A stretch of 38,083 bases of DNA from Bordetella parapertussis (GCA_945893125.1 CAMDDY010000002.1:1-38083); one strand, 5' to 3'; positions 1-10,202 are shown, numbered from the stretch's first letter. Numbers and translations: made by a program. Notes: generated by a model not told the origin, from the sequence alone.

Positions 1-44
1 GCAATCTGATACCGTTCGTCTTGGGTGAGGTGTGTGTAGTTCAT
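1..44 (-). mobile_element. IS30-family transposase gene, extreme 5' end (truncated by window edge)
   Basis: Reverse complement of 1-44 = ATG AAC TAC ACA CAC CTC ACC CAA GAC GAA CGG TAT CAG ATT GC, giving MNYTHLTQDERYQI. This is the conserved Y-x-HLT-xx-ERYQI opening (HTH region) of IS30-family transposases. Only 14 codons are visible and the IS terminus cannot be placed. Confidence 0.5.
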
Positions 45-195
45 TCTTGGCAACTTTAACTTGGTGGTCGAGGGGCTCGGATGCTATCGCACCTCGCCCA
101 CCCAACCTATTAATCAGAGTTGCACTTCGAATTTGAACTCGCGTTTCAAATTATTCGCAAAAGGCAGATAATTGAAACTGAAACGAGGATACCCC

Positions 196-615
196 ATGCG
201 TGCGCCCATCGCCACATCACCGGCTACATCACTGGTCACATCGCCGGCCACATCACTGGCCAGATTACCGGCTACATTACTGGCTGCTTTGCTGCTGTGC
301 CTCGCGTTGCCCGCGCTGCCCGTGATGGCGCAAACGCGTCCGCCTAGTTTGCAACCCGTGCCGGAACCGCCGCCCCCGCCCAAGGGCTTTGAGCTCGATC
401 CGGCGCTGGAGCCGCAAGTCACCATCATCCGGCGCGGCACCGATACCGTCGAAGAGCATCGCATCGGCGGGCGACTTTACATGGTCAAGGTAACGCCTGC
501 CGGCGGCGGCACGCCGTATTACCTGGTGGATCAACAGGGCGACGGCAAGTTCACGCGCCAGCATCCTCAGGATACCGGGCTGCGTCCGCCGATGTGGGTG
601 ATCCACAGCTTCTAG
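196..615 (+). CDS. secreted protein of unknown function, DUF2782-like
   Basis: The ORF track gives 172..615 with a TTG start. The ATG at 196 is preceded by GAGGA (186-190). The long signal-like N-terminus ends ALPVMA-Q. The C-terminal GRLYMVKVTPAGGGTPYYLVDQQGDGKF motif is recognised from memory as DUF2782-like. It is the usual neighbour of thrB. Confidence 0.75.
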   Translation: MRAPIATSPATSLVTSPATSLARLPATLLAALLLCLALPALPVMAQTRPPSLQPVPEPPPPPKGFELDPALEPQVTIIRRGTDTVEEHRIGGRLYMVKVTPAGGGTPYYLVDQQGDGKFTRQHPQDTGLRPPMWVIHSF

Positions 616-633
616 GCGTTCTGGGTGGCGCTC

Positions 634-666
634 GCAAAAAGCGCGGTGATTTACCGCGCTTTTTGC
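634..666. terminator. bidirectional intrinsic terminator hairpin
   Basis: Perfect 14-bp stem GCAAAAAGCGCGGT (634-647) / ACCGCGCTTTTTGC (653-666) with a 5-nt loop. The A-run on the left and T-run on the right allow use in both directions. It starts 19 nt after the stop at 615. Confidence 0.6.
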
Positions 667-701
667 TGTACGCAGCGCGCTGAAAACGGTACGCTATCGG
701 G

Positions 702-1679
702 ATGTCTGTCTTCACCACTGTCACACCGGAACAACTCGCGGTTTGGCTCAAAAACTATTCGACCGATGCAGTCGGCACGCTCATCGATTTGCAAGGCATT
801 GCAGCCGGCATCGAAAACACCAATTATTTCGTCACCACCACGCGGGGCCGCTACGTCCTCACGCTGTTTGAAAAACTCACGGCGCAAGAACTGCCGTTTT
901 ATCTCAATCTGATGGCGCACCTGGCGCAACACCATGTGCCTTGCCCCGCGCCGGTCGCCAACAGCAGCGGCGGCTATCTGGGTGAACTGAACGGCAAGCC
1001 GGCGAGCCTGGTGTCCCGCCTGACCGGCAAGGATCTGGTCAATCCCACCGCCGGTGATTGCACCAAGGTCGGCCAGATGCTGGCACGCAACCACCTCGCG
1101 GGACAAGGCTACGCCGGACGCATGGACAATCCGCGCGGACCTGCGTGGTGGAAAACCGTGATGCCGCAAATCCTGCCGTTTCTCAATCCATCGGACGCCG
1201 CTTTATTGACAGCGGAAGTCGCCGCGCAGGACACGCAACACGTCGGCCCTGTCGACCCTGTTGATGCTTTGCCGCAAGGCGCGATCCACGCCGATCTGTT
1301 CCGCGACAACGTGTTGTTTCATGGGGGCGAGGTGGCGGGCGTGATCGACTTTTATTTTGCCTGCACCGGCGCGCTACTCTACGACGTGGCGATCACCGTC
1401 AACGACTGGTGCATGCAGCCCGACAGCCGGCTTGACGCGGCGCGCACCCAAGCGTTGCTCGCGGCCTATCACGCCGAGCGGCCCTTTATCGCGGCGGAGC
1501 GCGATGCCTGGCCCATGCTGCTGCGCGCGGGGGCGCTGCGATTCTGGGTGTCGCGGCTCTATGATCTGCATTTACCGCGCGCGGGCGAGATGACGCACGC
1601 CAAGGATCCCGATCATTTCCGCCGCATGCTGGCCGCGCACCGTGCCTGGGCCGATGATTTGCCGCCGCTGCCGCAATAA
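702..1679 (+). CDS. thrB: homoserine kinase, Pseudomonas/APH-fold type
   Basis: 325 aa. The N-terminus MSVFTTVTPEQL...GIENTNYFVTT...YVLTLFE and the HADLFRDNVLF / GVIDFYFA kinase motifs match non-GHMP ThrB of Pseudomonas and Burkholderia. Confidence 0.85.
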   Translation: MSVFTTVTPEQLAVWLKNYSTDAVGTLIDLQGIAAGIENTNYFVTTTRGRYVLTLFEKLTAQELPFYLNLMAHLAQHHVPCPAPVANSSGGYLGELNGKPASLVSRLTGKDLVNPTAGDCTKVGQMLARNHLAGQGYAGRMDNPRGPAWWKTVMPQILPFLNPSDAALLTAEVAAQDTQHVGPVDPVDALPQGAIHADLFRDNVLFHGGEVAGVIDFYFACTGALLYDVAITVNDWCMQPDSRLDAARTQALLAAYHAERPFIAAERDAWPMLLRAGALRFWVSRLYDLHLPRAGEMTHAKDPDHFRRMLAAHRAWADDLPPLPQ

Positions 1680-1734
1680 TCACCGCCGTTTGAGACTGCG
1701 GCTACAATAGCGATTCGATACCGCACAGGCGCCC

Positions 1735-2517
1735 ATGGAAATTCGCACCGTCACCGCCGGCCGGGGCTGGCAATGGATCAAACAAGGCATCGCGCTTTTC
1801 ATGAAAGGCCCGTTGCAGTGGGTGCTGTTCGTTAGCGTGCTGTTTGTCGCGATCAAGGTCATACTGCTGATTCCGCTGGTGGGCCTGCTGGTGATGCTGG
1901 TGCTGCCGGTGCTGCTGGTGGGCATGATGGAAGGCTGCCGCGCGCTGGAACATGGCAAACCGCTCGCCTTCGGCTACCTGTTGTCGGGCTTCGTGCGCAA
2001 CACCGGCGCGTTGCTCACGCTGGGCGGCATCTCGCTCGCCGGCAACCTGCTGGTGGTGCTGGTCATTTCGGGCATCGGCGGCGAAGCGATCATCGCGGTA
2101 TTCAAATTCATGGCGCAACAGAAAGTCACGCCCGAAAACGTACACGAGATACGCGACGCGGCCTCCAAGGCCACGCTGTCGGTGCTGATCGGTTGGGCGT
2201 TGTCGATTCCGCTGATGATGGCATTGTGGTTTGCGCCGCTGCTGGCCTATTTCAACAACCTGTCGCCGGGGCGCGCCCTGCTCTACAGCCTCGCCGCCTG
2301 CTGGCGCAATCTGTCCGCGTTTCTGGTCTACGGCGCGGCGGTGTTTGCCGCGTTGATGATGGTGACGCCGCTCTCGATGACCACGCGCGTGCTCGATCTG
2401 GGCGTATGGCTGCTGGCGCCCGTGGTGATACCCACCATCTACGCGGCCTCCAAGGAGATTTTCGACATTGATGCGGTGGCGGGCGGCACGCCGCCCGCCG
2501 AATCCGGCGGCGCCTGA
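1735..2517 (+). CDS. multi-pass inner-membrane protein (BPSS1780-like family, tentative)
   Basis: 260 aa with several hydrophobic helices. The N-terminal R-x-V-x-AGRGWQWIKQG motif is remembered from a conserved betaproteobacterial membrane-protein family. Codon third positions are GC-rich. Confidence 0.65.
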   Translation: MEIRTVTAGRGWQWIKQGIALFMKGPLQWVLFVSVLFVAIKVILLIPLVGLLVMLVLPVLLVGMMEGCRALEHGKPLAFGYLLSGFVRNTGALLTLGGISLAGNLLVVLVISGIGGEAIIAVFKFMAQQKVTPENVHEIRDAASKATLSVLIGWALSIPLMMALWFAPLLAYFNNLSPGRALLYSLAACWRNLSAFLVYGAAVFAALMMVTPLSMTTRVLDLGVWLLAPVVIPTIYAASKEIFDIDAVAGGTPPAESGGA

Positions 2518-2532
2518 GACGCTACCGAGACA

Positions 2533-4755
2533 CTACGCCGCAGTGAGCTTGGCGTACTCCAGCGCCAGCCACTTCAACCCCTGTGCGCGAAAATTCACCT
2601 GCACGCGCGCCTCCGGGCCGCGGCCTTCGGCGCTGACAATCACGCCCGCGCCGAATTTCGCGTGCATCACGCTCTGCCCGATACGCCACGGCAGGGATGC
2701 GTGAGGCGCGAAGGAAGGCGCGTGAGGTGTCACGGTTTCAGCGCTGCTGTGCGCGTGGGATGCCTGATAGCGCGGCCGCGCATTGATGCGTTGAAGCAGG
2801 TTTTCCGGCAACTCCTGAAAAAAGCGTGACGGCACGTTGTAGCGTGTTTGCCCGTGCAACATGCGGCTTTGCGCCAGTGACAAATACAGCCGCCGCCGCG
2901 CGCGCGTTAGCGCCACGTACATCAAGCGCCGTTCTTCCTCGATGCCGTCGGCCTCGGTGAGGCTGTTTTCATGCGGGAACAGCCCTTCTTCCATGCCGCT
3001 CATGAATACCGCGTGAAACTCCAGTCCCTTGGCGGAATGCACCGTCATCATCTGCAGCGCATCCGCGCCGGCAATCGCCTGATGCTCGCCGGCTTCGAGC
3101 GCGGCATGCGCCAGAAAGGATGCCAGCACGCTGTCGTTGTGGTTCGTGGCGGACGACACTCCGATTTGTGTTTCCGCCATGTCGCCTATCACCAGCACAT
3201 CGTTCTCTGCCACAAACGCCGCTGCCGCATTAATCAGTTCGGCCAGATTCTCCAGCCGGTCCGTGCCTTCTTTTTCGTTCTGGTAGTAGGTGTTCAGGCC
3301 GCTGTATTCGATCACGTGTTCGATGGTTTCCGCCAGCGGCAAGCCTTGCGTGGCCGCGCGCATTTTTTCGATCAGCCCGACAAACGCGCCGATGGAGGAC
3401 GCCGCCTTGCCCGACAACGTATTGGCGCACGCCGCATCCCACAGGCTGATGCCGCGTTCGCGCGCCACTGTTTGCACCTGTTCGAGACTGCGCGCGCCGA
3501 TGCCGCGCGTGGGGAAATTAATCACCCGCAGCAACGCGCCGTCATCTTCCGACTGCGCCACCAAGCGCAAATAGGCCAGTGCGTGCTTGATCTCCTGCCG
3601 CTCGAAAAAGCGCAGGCCGCCATACACACGATACGGCACCGACGCGTTAAACAGCGCATGTTCGACCACGCGTGACTGCGCATTGGAGCGATACAGCACC
3701 GCCATGGCGCCCAGCGCCACACCATCGTTGCGCAACGCTTTCACTTCCTCGACGATGAAGGCAGCTTCTTCGAGATCGGTCGCCGCTTCGTACACCCGCA
3801 GCGGCTCGCCCTTGCCTTCGGCGGTCCACAGGTTTTTGCCCAGCCGCCGCTGGTTGTGGCGGATCAGCGTGTTGGCGGCATCGAGTATGTGTCCGTGCGA
3901 ACGATAATTCTGTTCGAGCTTGATGACTTTCTCGATGTGAAAATCTTTTTGCAAATCGCGCATGTTCGCGCTCGACGCACCGCGAAACGCATAGATCGAC
4001 TGATCGTCGTCGCCCACCGCGAAAATGCAGCTTTGCGCGCCGCACAGCAGTTGCAGCCAGCGGTACTGCAAGCGGTTGGTGTCCTGAAACTCATCGACGA
4101 GGATGTGCTTAAAGCGCGCGCGGTAATGTTCGCGCAACACCTCGTTGCGCGCCAGCAGCTCATACGAGCGCAACAACAACTCGGCGAAATCCACCGCACC
4201 TTCACGCTGGCACTGCGTGTCGTAGGCGGCGTAAAATTCCGTCATGCGCCGCGAGAACTCGTCGTGAGGCTCCACGTCCTTGGCGCGCTTGCCTTCGTCC
4301 TTGGCGGCATTGATAAACCACTGCGCCTGACGAGGCGGGTAACGCTCGTCGTCGAGGTTCATCTGCCGCATCAGCCGCTTGATGAGCGCGAGCTGATCCT
4401 GGCTATCGAGTATCTGAAACAGCTGCGGCAGATTCGCCTCGCGGTGATGTGTGCGCAGCATGCGATTACACAGGCCGTGAAAGGTGCCCACCCACATGCC
4501 GCGCGTGTTGATCGGCAGCATGGCCGAGATGCGCGTGAGCATCTCTTTCGCGGCCTTGTTGGTGAAGGTAACGCCCAAGAGGCCGTGCGGACTGGCTTGG
4601 CCGGTTTGTATCAGCCACGCAATGCGCGTGGTCAGCACGCGCGTTTTGCCGCTGCCCGCGCCGGCGAGTATCAGCGATGATTGATGCGGAAGCGTAACCG
4701 CTTCAAGCTGAGGTTCGTTAAGACCGGAGAGGAATGCGGGCGTGGCAGGTGTCAT
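2533..4755 (-). CDS. uvrD: ATP-dependent DNA helicase II (UvrD)
   Basis: SF1 helicase motifs AGAGSGKTRVL, VDEFQDTN, VGDDDQSIYAFRGA, QNYRS, TVHSAKGLEF and YVALTRA, about 740 aa. The track start at 4764 is TTG, so the first ATG at 4755 is preferred. Confidence 0.9.
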   Translation of the reverse strand: MTPATPAFLSGLNEPQLEAVTLPHQSSLILAGAGSGKTRVLTTRIAWLIQTGQASPHGLLGVTFTNKAAKEMLTRISAMLPINTRGMWVGTFHGLCNRMLRTHHREANLPQLFQILDSQDQLALIKRLMRQMNLDDERYPPRQAQWFINAAKDEGKRAKDVEPHDEFSRRMTEFYAAYDTQCQREGAVDFAELLLRSYELLARNEVLREHYRARFKHILVDEFQDTNRLQYRWLQLLCGAQSCIFAVGDDDQSIYAFRGASSANMRDLQKDFHIEKVIKLEQNYRSHGHILDAANTLIRHNQRRLGKNLWTAEGKGEPLRVYEAATDLEEAAFIVEEVKALRNDGVALGAMAVLYRSNAQSRVVEHALFNASVPYRVYGGLRFFERQEIKHALAYLRLVAQSEDDGALLRVINFPTRGIGARSLEQVQTVARERGISLWDAACANTLSGKAASSIGAFVGLIEKMRAATQGLPLAETIEHVIEYSGLNTYYQNEKEGTDRLENLAELINAAAAFVAENDVLVIGDMAETQIGVSSATNHNDSVLASFLAHAALEAGEHQAIAGADALQMMTVHSAKGLEFHAVFMSGMEEGLFPHENSLTEADGIEEERRLMYVALTRARRRLYLSLAQSRMLHGQTRYNVPSRFFQELPENLLQRINARPRYQASHAHSSAETVTPHAPSFAPHASLPWRIGQSVMHAKFGAGVIVSAEGRGPEARVQVNFRAQGLKWLALEYAKLTAA

Positions 4756-4802
4756 TAAGCGCAACGAAAAGGTTGCGCCGGATTATACGGCACGAAACCT
4801 TA

Positions 4803-5711
4803 TCAATACGCCTTGGGCGCAGGCGATGCGGCAGGCGTAGCAGCAGGCGATGCGGATACGCCGCTGACCAACGCCTTCAAGCGCGCCGCCAGCGCGTCGC
4901 GATCTTTCGCGGTGGCGATGCCGAGCACACACACCGCGTACTGACCACCCGTTACCGGATCAATCACGGCGGGATAGCCCGCCGCCTTGAGCTTAGCCTC
5001 CAGCGCCTGCGCCGCCTTTTGATCGGCCATGCGCGCAACTTCCACGCGAAAACGTCCGCCCGCGCGGGTTGCCCCCTGTCCCTCGGTAATTTCGGTTTCC
5101 TGCGACCACTGGTCGATTTGCTCCTTGGGCACCTTGCCCACCGGCTTGGGCTTTTCATTGCGCGGCGCGATGAAAAACTGCAAAGGTTGGTCCATCACGA
5201 ATTCCTGTTTTTCATGGCGTACCGAAATGCGTCCCTCCAAAAGGCACACCAAATCCTGCGCATCGTTGGAGCGTCCCCACACGTCGGTGCCGCGTATGCC
5301 TGCGGTGATGGTGGCGATCTTCACATTCACCTCGCGCTCGCCGCGCGGCTTGCCGAAAATGCCGGTGGTAAAACGAAACGCGCCTTTCACCACATCCAGC
5401 GTGGCGCCGACCACGGGATTATTGTCGGCGTTTTTCTTTTCCGTCAGATTGTCCAGCGCCAGCGTGGCGTTCTCGCCCATTTTGACCGCGCTGCCTTCGG
5501 CCATGCGCAGCATCACGCGAGCGCGCTCGCCGGTGATCAGCCGGTCTTTGTTATTGAGTTCCATGCCCACGGTGAGCGGCTCGCGCTTGCCGGCACGTTC
5601 CACCCAAGCCGGTGATACCACGCCCTCCACAATCAAAGTCCGGGCCATGGCGGGCATCGCGCCCATCATCGCCAGCACACACGCCAGAATTCTAAACTTC
5701 CACATGGGCAT
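4803..5711 (-). CDS. periplasmic FecR-domain protein with C-terminal SPOR domain
   Basis: ATG at 5711 or 5705 follows GAGGA. Signal peptide is MPMWKFRILACVLAMMGAMPAMA. The central region is FecR-like (GERARVMLRMAEGSAVKMGENATL...GIRGTDVW). The C-terminal region RFRVEVARMADQKAAQALEAKLKAAGYPAVI...YAVCVLGIATAKDRDA is SPOR-like. Confidence 0.7.
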   Translation of the reverse strand: MPMWKFRILACVLAMMGAMPAMARTLIVEGVVSPAWVERAGKREPLTVGMELNNKDRLITGERARVMLRMAEGSAVKMGENATLALDNLTEKKNADNNPVVGATLDVVKGAFRFTTGIFGKPRGEREVNVKIATITAGIRGTDVWGRSNDAQDLVCLLEGRISVRHEKQEFVMDQPLQFFIAPRNEKPKPVGKVPKEQIDQWSQETEITEGQGATRAGGRFRVEVARMADQKAAQALEAKLKAAGYPAVIDPVTGGQYAVCVLGIATAKDRDALAARLKALVSGVSASPAATPAASPAPKAY

Positions 5712-5782
5712 TCCTCGTTGTCTTGGTTGCTGCCGTTGCAGCGTAGCAGTGTTTGTCGCCAATGTTACCAATGGCTTACAGG

Positions 5783-5788
5783 TATAAT
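5783..5788 (+). promoter_or_regulatory. candidate -10 hexamer (TATAAT) upstream of leuS
   Basis: Perfect TATAAT lies 68 nt upstream of the leuS ATG, followed by the palindrome CGTGAACTAATTCACG (5789-5804). No convincing -35 at 17-bp spacing. Confidence 0.25.
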
Positions 5789-5855
5789 CGTGAACTAATT
5801 CACGTTTCCTGCCATTCGATGCAGTCTATCCCGATTCGTTCCCGTCTCTCGCCTT

Positions 5856-8489
5856 ATGCAGCAAAAATACAATCCACAGATCATTGAACGCGACGCCCAG
5901 GCCTATTGGGATAACACACAGGCGTTCGTCGCGGTTGAATCCCCCGGCAAGCCCAAATATTACTGCCTGTCGATGTTTCCGTATCCCTCGGGCAAGCTGC
6001 ACATGGGGCATGTGCGCAATTACACCATCGGCGACGTGTTGACGCGCTACCACCGCATGAAGGGCTTTAACGTGATGCAGCCGATGGGCTGGGATGCGTT
6101 TGGGCTACCCGCCGAAAACGCCGCGATTGCCAACGGCGTGCCGCCGGCGCAGTGGACCTACGACAATATCGCTTACATGAAAAAGCAGTTGCAGTCGCTG
6201 GGCTTCGCCATCGACTGGAGCCGCGAACTCGCCACCTGCAAGCCCGAGTATTACCACTGGAATCAGTGGTTGTTTTTGCGCATGCTGGAAAAAGGCATTG
6301 CCGACAAAAAAACCCAGGTGGTGAACTGGGATCCGGTCGATCAAACCGTGCTCGCCAATGAGCAGGTGATCGACGGGCGCGGCTGGCGCACGGGTGCGCT
6401 GGTCGAAAAACGCGAAATTCCCGGCTACTACCTGGCGATCACGAAGTACGCCGATGAACTGCTGACGTCACTCGACAAACTGCCCGACTGGCCCGAGCGC
6501 GTGCGCACCATGCAGGCCAACTGGATCGGCAAATCATATGGCGTTAGATTCGCTTTTCACTATACGTTGGATGCGCTGGATGGCAAGACCGAAAATCTGT
6601 GGGTGTTCACCACGCGCGCCGACACCATCATGGGTGTCACCTTCGTCGCCGTCGCGGCAGAGCACCCGCTGGCAACGCACGCCGCGAAAAACAATCCCAA
6701 GCTCGCCACCTTTATCGACGAGTGCAAGCGCGGCAGCGTGATGGAAGCCGACATGGCGACCATGGAAAAAAAGGGCATGCCCACCGGCATTTTTGTTGAG
6801 CATCCGTTGACCGGTGAAAAAACCGAAGTGTGGGTCGGCAACTATGTGCTGATGAGTTACGGCGAAGGCGCGGTGATGGCGGTGCCCGCGCACGATGAGC
6901 GTGATTTTCATTTTGCCAGGCAATATGGGTTGCCGATCAAACCCGTCATCCACGTTGAAGGCAAAACCTTCAGCACCGAGGCGTGGCAGGAATGGTATGC
7001 CGACAAGGAACACGGTGTTTGCATAAATTCATTTAAATACAATGACTTATCATATTCAGCCGCAGTGGATGCCATAGCCGCCGATCTCAGCACCAGGGGC
7101 TTGGGCGAAAAACAAACGTTGTACCGACTGCGCGACTGGGGCGTCTCGCGCCAGCGCTATTGGGGCACGCCGATTCCGCTGATTTATTGCGACACCTGTG
7201 GCGATGTGCCGGTGCCGGACAAGGATTTGCCGGTGGTGCTGCCCGAAGATTGCGTGCCGGATGGCTCGGGCAACCCGCTCGCCAAGCGCGCCGATTTCGT
7301 CAACGTCGCGTGCCCGAAATGCGGCCAGCCCGCGCGCCGCGAAACCGACACCATGGATACGTTTGTCGATTCATCGTGGTACTACACGCGCTTCGCCTCA
7401 CTTGGCAACACTGCGGATCGCGCCAGCGGCATGGCCGACAAGCACGTCAACTATTGGCTGCCGGTCGATCAGTACATCGGTGGCATCGAGCATGCGATTC
7501 TGCATCTGCTGTATTCGCGCTTCTGGACCAAGGTGATGCGCGATCTGGGCCTCGTTACCATGGACGAGCCGTTTTCTCGCCTGCTCACGCAAGGCATGGT
7601 GCTGAACGAGATTTTTTTCCGTAAGCCAGAGAGTGGAAGAATCGTTTACTTCAACCCAGTCGATGTCGAAATCAAGACCGACGACAAAGGCAACCGCGTA
7701 GGCAGCGTGCTGCGCAGCGACGGGCAGCCGGTCGAATCCAGCGGCATCGGCACCATGTCGAAATCCAAGAATAACGGCGTCGATCCGCAGGCGTTGATGG
7801 AAGAATACGGCGCCGACATCGCGCGTTTTTTCATGATGTTCACCTCACCGCCGGAGCAAACGCTCGAATGGTCGGACAGCGGCGTGGATGGTTCCGCGCG
7901 CTTTTTGCGCCGCTTGTGGTCGTTTGGCTACGATCTTGCGCAGAGCAGCACGCCGTTGACGGCGAAGCTCGATGGGGTCGCGTTACCCACTGACCTTGCG
8001 GATGCGCGACGCGAAATTCACGCGGTGTTAAAGCAGGCCAACTACGACATCGCACGGCATCAGTTCAACACCGTCGCCTCAGCCGGCATGAAAATGTTGA
8101 ACGCGCTGGAGTCCGCACAAAAGAGCAACGCTGACGCGGCGTTGAAACAAGCCGTGGTACGCGAAGGCCTGTCGCTGTTGCTGCGCCTGTTGTCGCCGAT
8201 GACACCACATATCGCGCATCAACTGTGGCGCGATTTAGGCTACGGCGAAGACATTCTCGCCGCGCCGTGGCCCGAACCCGACGCCGCCGCGCTGACACAA
8301 GACGAAATTGAATTGGTGGTGCAGATCAACGGCAAAAAGCGCGGCAGCGTGCGTGTGCCGCGCGAGGCGGACAACAAAGCCATCGAAGCACTGGTGCTCG
8401 CCGAGCCTGATATCAAGAAGGCTATCGACGGCAAGCCGGTGAAAAAATTTATCGCGGTGCCGGGCCGGCTGGTCAATGTGGTAATCTAA
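5856..8489 (+). CDS. leuS: leucine--tRNA ligase
   Basis: 877 aa. Class I HIGH motif ([15 protein letters not shown]), KMSKS motif ([10 protein letters not shown]) and the CP1 editing domain. Confidence 0.97.
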   Translation: MQQKYNPQIIERDAQAYWDNTQAFVAVESPGKPKYYCLSMFPYPSGKLHMGHVRNYTIGDVLTRYHRMKGFNVMQPMGWDAFGLPAENAAIANGVPPAQWTYDNIAYMKKQLQSLGFAIDWSRELATCKPEYYHWNQWLFLRMLEKGIADKKTQVVNWDPVDQTVLANEQVIDGRGWRTGALVEKREIPGYYLAITKYADELLTSLDKLPDWPERVRTMQANWIGKSYGVRFAFHYTLDALDGKTENLWVFTTRADTIMGVTFVAVAAEHPLATHAAKNNPKLATFIDECKRGSVMEADMATMEKKGMPTGIFVEHPLTGEKTEVWVGNYVLMSYGEGAVMAVPAHDERDFHFARQYGLPIKPVIHVEGKTFSTEAWQEWYADKEHGVCINSFKYNDLSYSAAVDAIAADLSTRGLGEKQTLYRLRDWGVSRQRYWGTPIPLIYCDTCGDVPVPDKDLPVVLPEDCVPDGSGNPLAKRADFVNVACPKCGQPARRETDTMDTFVDSSWYYTRFASLGNTADRASGMADKHVNYWLPVDQYIGGIEHAILHLLYSRFWTKVMRDLGLVTMDEPFSRLLTQGMVLNEIFFRKPESGRIVYFNPVDVEIKTDDKGNRVGSVLRSDGQPVESSGIGTMSKSKNNGVDPQALMEEYGADIARFFMMFTSPPEQTLEWSDSGVDGSARFLRRLWSFGYDLAQSSTPLTAKLDGVALPTDLADARREIHAVLKQANYDIARHQFNTVASAGMKMLNALESAQKSNADAALKQAVVREGLSLLLRLLSPMTPHIAHQLWRDLGYGEDILAAPWPEPDAAALTQDEIELVVQINGKKRGSVRVPREADNKAIEALVLAEPDIKKAIDGKPVKKFIAVPGRLVNVVI

Positions 8490-8543
8490 AGGGCAAGGAT
8501 GAAGGCGGAGCAAGGACACACTTGAAGCGGAGCAGGATGAAGG

Positions 8544-9077
8544 ATGAAAACAGGCATTAGCGGCATGCAAAGAGCGATGGGAAACCAAGTGAAGGGCTTC
8601 ATCCTTTTGGCGGTATTGCTACTGTCTGGCTGTGGCTTCCAGCTACGCGGCGCGGCCAACCTGCCGTACGACACGCTGCATGTCGCGGCCGCGACCACAT
8701 CGACCTTTGCCACGCAATTGCGCCGCGCGGTAACTTCCAGCAGCCAGACCAAGGTGGTGGACAATCCCAAGGAAGCGCAGGCCACGCTGCATGTGTTGAG
8801 CGAGCTTCGTGAAAAAACCATTCTGTCGCTGTCGGGCGGCGGACGCGTGCGCGAGTTTCAGTTGATTTACCGCGTGTCGTATCGCGTGGCCGACAAGGAC
8901 AACAAGGAATTGCGCGCGCCGACGCAAATCCGCCTGCATCGCGATTTTTCATTCAACGATTCCGACACACTGTCGAAAGAATCCGAAGAAGCCCTGCTGT
9001 ATCGCGACATGCAGACCGACGCCGTGAATCAACTGATGCGTCAGTTGCAGGCGACACGCGCCGCCGCCAGCCTGTAG
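8544..9077 (+). CDS. lptE: LPS-assembly lipoprotein LptE
   Basis: 177 aa with lipobox LLLSGCGFQLRG, typical of LptE/RlpB. It sits in the canonical position between leuS and holA. The exact start is uncertain because of internal Met codons. Confidence 0.85.
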   Translation: MKTGISGMQRAMGNQVKGFILLAVLLLSGCGFQLRGAANLPYDTLHVAAATTSTFATQLRRAVTSSSQTKVVDNPKEAQATLHVLSELREKTILSLSGGGRVREFQLIYRVSYRVADKDNKELRAPTQIRLHRDFSFNDSDTLSKESEEALLYRDMQTDAVNQLMRQLQATRAAASL

Positions 9078-9112
9078 CGGCCCGCCACTCGCCGGCCCTT
9101 CGGTACCCGCGC

Positions 9113-10156
9113 GTGCGACTTTCCTCCGAACAACTGGCCGCGCAACTCGCGCGCGGGTTAAAGCCGCTCTACACGGTATTCGGCGACGAGCCGCTGCTGG
9201 CGCTCGAAGCCGGCGACCGCATCCGCGCCCAGGCGCGCGCCGAGGGCTACGATGAACGCGAAGTACTCACCGCGGATGCGTCGTTCAAGTGGCCGCAGCT
9301 CACGATGGCCGCCAACTCGCAATCGCTGTTCGCCACGCGCAAGCTGCTCGATGTGCGCATCCCGAACGGCAAACCCGGCGTGGACGGCAGCGCGGCATTG
9401 CAGGCGTTCTGCGCGGCGCTACCCGCCGATACCGTCACGCTGATTATGTTGCCCGGCATTGATTGGCGCGCGCAAAAAGCCGGCTGGTTTGAAGCGCTGG
9501 ATCACGCCGGCGTCAGCGTTGAAGCCAAGGCGGTGTCGCGCAAGGCGTTGCCGCAGTGGTTGGCCGCGCGTCTAAAAGAACAGGGGCAGGATGCCGACGC
9601 CGAAGCGCTCGCCTTTATCACCGACCGCGTGGAAGGCAACCTGATGGCGGCGTTTCAGGAAGTGCAAAAGCTCGCGCTGCTGTTTGCGCCGGGGCCGATC
9701 ACTTTTGAGCAGATACGCGAAGCCGTGCTCGACGTGGCGCGGTTCGATGTATTTCATTTGGGGCTGGCCATGCTCGAAGGCGACGCGGTGCGCCTCACGC
9801 GCATGCTTGATGGCCTCAAGGGCGAAGGCACCGCGCCGCCGATGGCGCTGTGGGCGGTGAGTGAAGAAATCCGCGCCATCGGCCGCACACTCGCCGCCGC
9901 TGAATCGGGCCGCCCGCTCGGCACCGTTTGGCGCGACGCCAAGGTGTGGGGCGTGCCGCATCAAACCGCGATGCAGCAGAATCTCTCGCGCTTTTCCAAG
10001 GCGCAAATCGCGCAGGGTTTGCGCCACGCCGCCGCCATCGACCGCATGGTCAAGGGCCTGGCGAAAGGCGACGTGTGGGATGAATTGCTGCAACTTGCGA
10101 TGCGCTTTTCGCGCAAGCACACCGCCGCCGCGCGCTCCCGTCCTGCTCACGCCTAG
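9113..10156 (+). CDS. holA: DNA polymerase III delta subunit
   Basis: GTG start. The N-terminus MRLSSEQLAAQLARGLKPLYTVFGDEPLL parallels E. coli HolA (MIRLYPEQLRAQLNEGL...LLLGNDPLL). Synteny after lptE supports the call. Confidence 0.85.
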   Translation: MRLSSEQLAAQLARGLKPLYTVFGDEPLLALEAGDRIRAQARAEGYDEREVLTADASFKWPQLTMAANSQSLFATRKLLDVRIPNGKPGVDGSAALQAFCAALPADTVTLIMLPGIDWRAQKAGWFEALDHAGVSVEAKAVSRKALPQWLAARLKEQGQDADAEALAFITDRVEGNLMAAFQEVQKLALLFAPGPITFEQIREAVLDVARFDVFHLGLAMLEGDAVRLTRMLDGLKGEGTAPPMALWAVSEEIRAIGRTLAAAESGRPLGTVWRDAKVWGVPHQTAMQQNLSRFSKAQIAQGLRHAAAIDRMVKGLAKGDVWDELLQLAMRFSRKHTAAARSRPAHA

Positions 10157-10202
10157 CGCAGGCCGAGTCGTTGCGTTTTTGAAATTCAAAAGGAGCCGGT
10201 AA

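Noticed and set aside
2533-4755. UvrD-like helicase as a possible defence-system component
   Set aside because: It is full-length canonical helicase II with all SF1 motifs and the usual C-terminal region. No nuclease, toprim or other defence partner is adjacent. It reads as the housekeeping uvrD.
10177-10191. AT palindrome TTTTGAA-A-TTCAAAA overlapping the ligase RBS as a regulatory hairpin or operator
   Set aside because: The stem is only 7 bp of A/T with a 1-nt loop, too weak to call as an RNA structure or a specific operator. It is mentioned only under the ligase finding.
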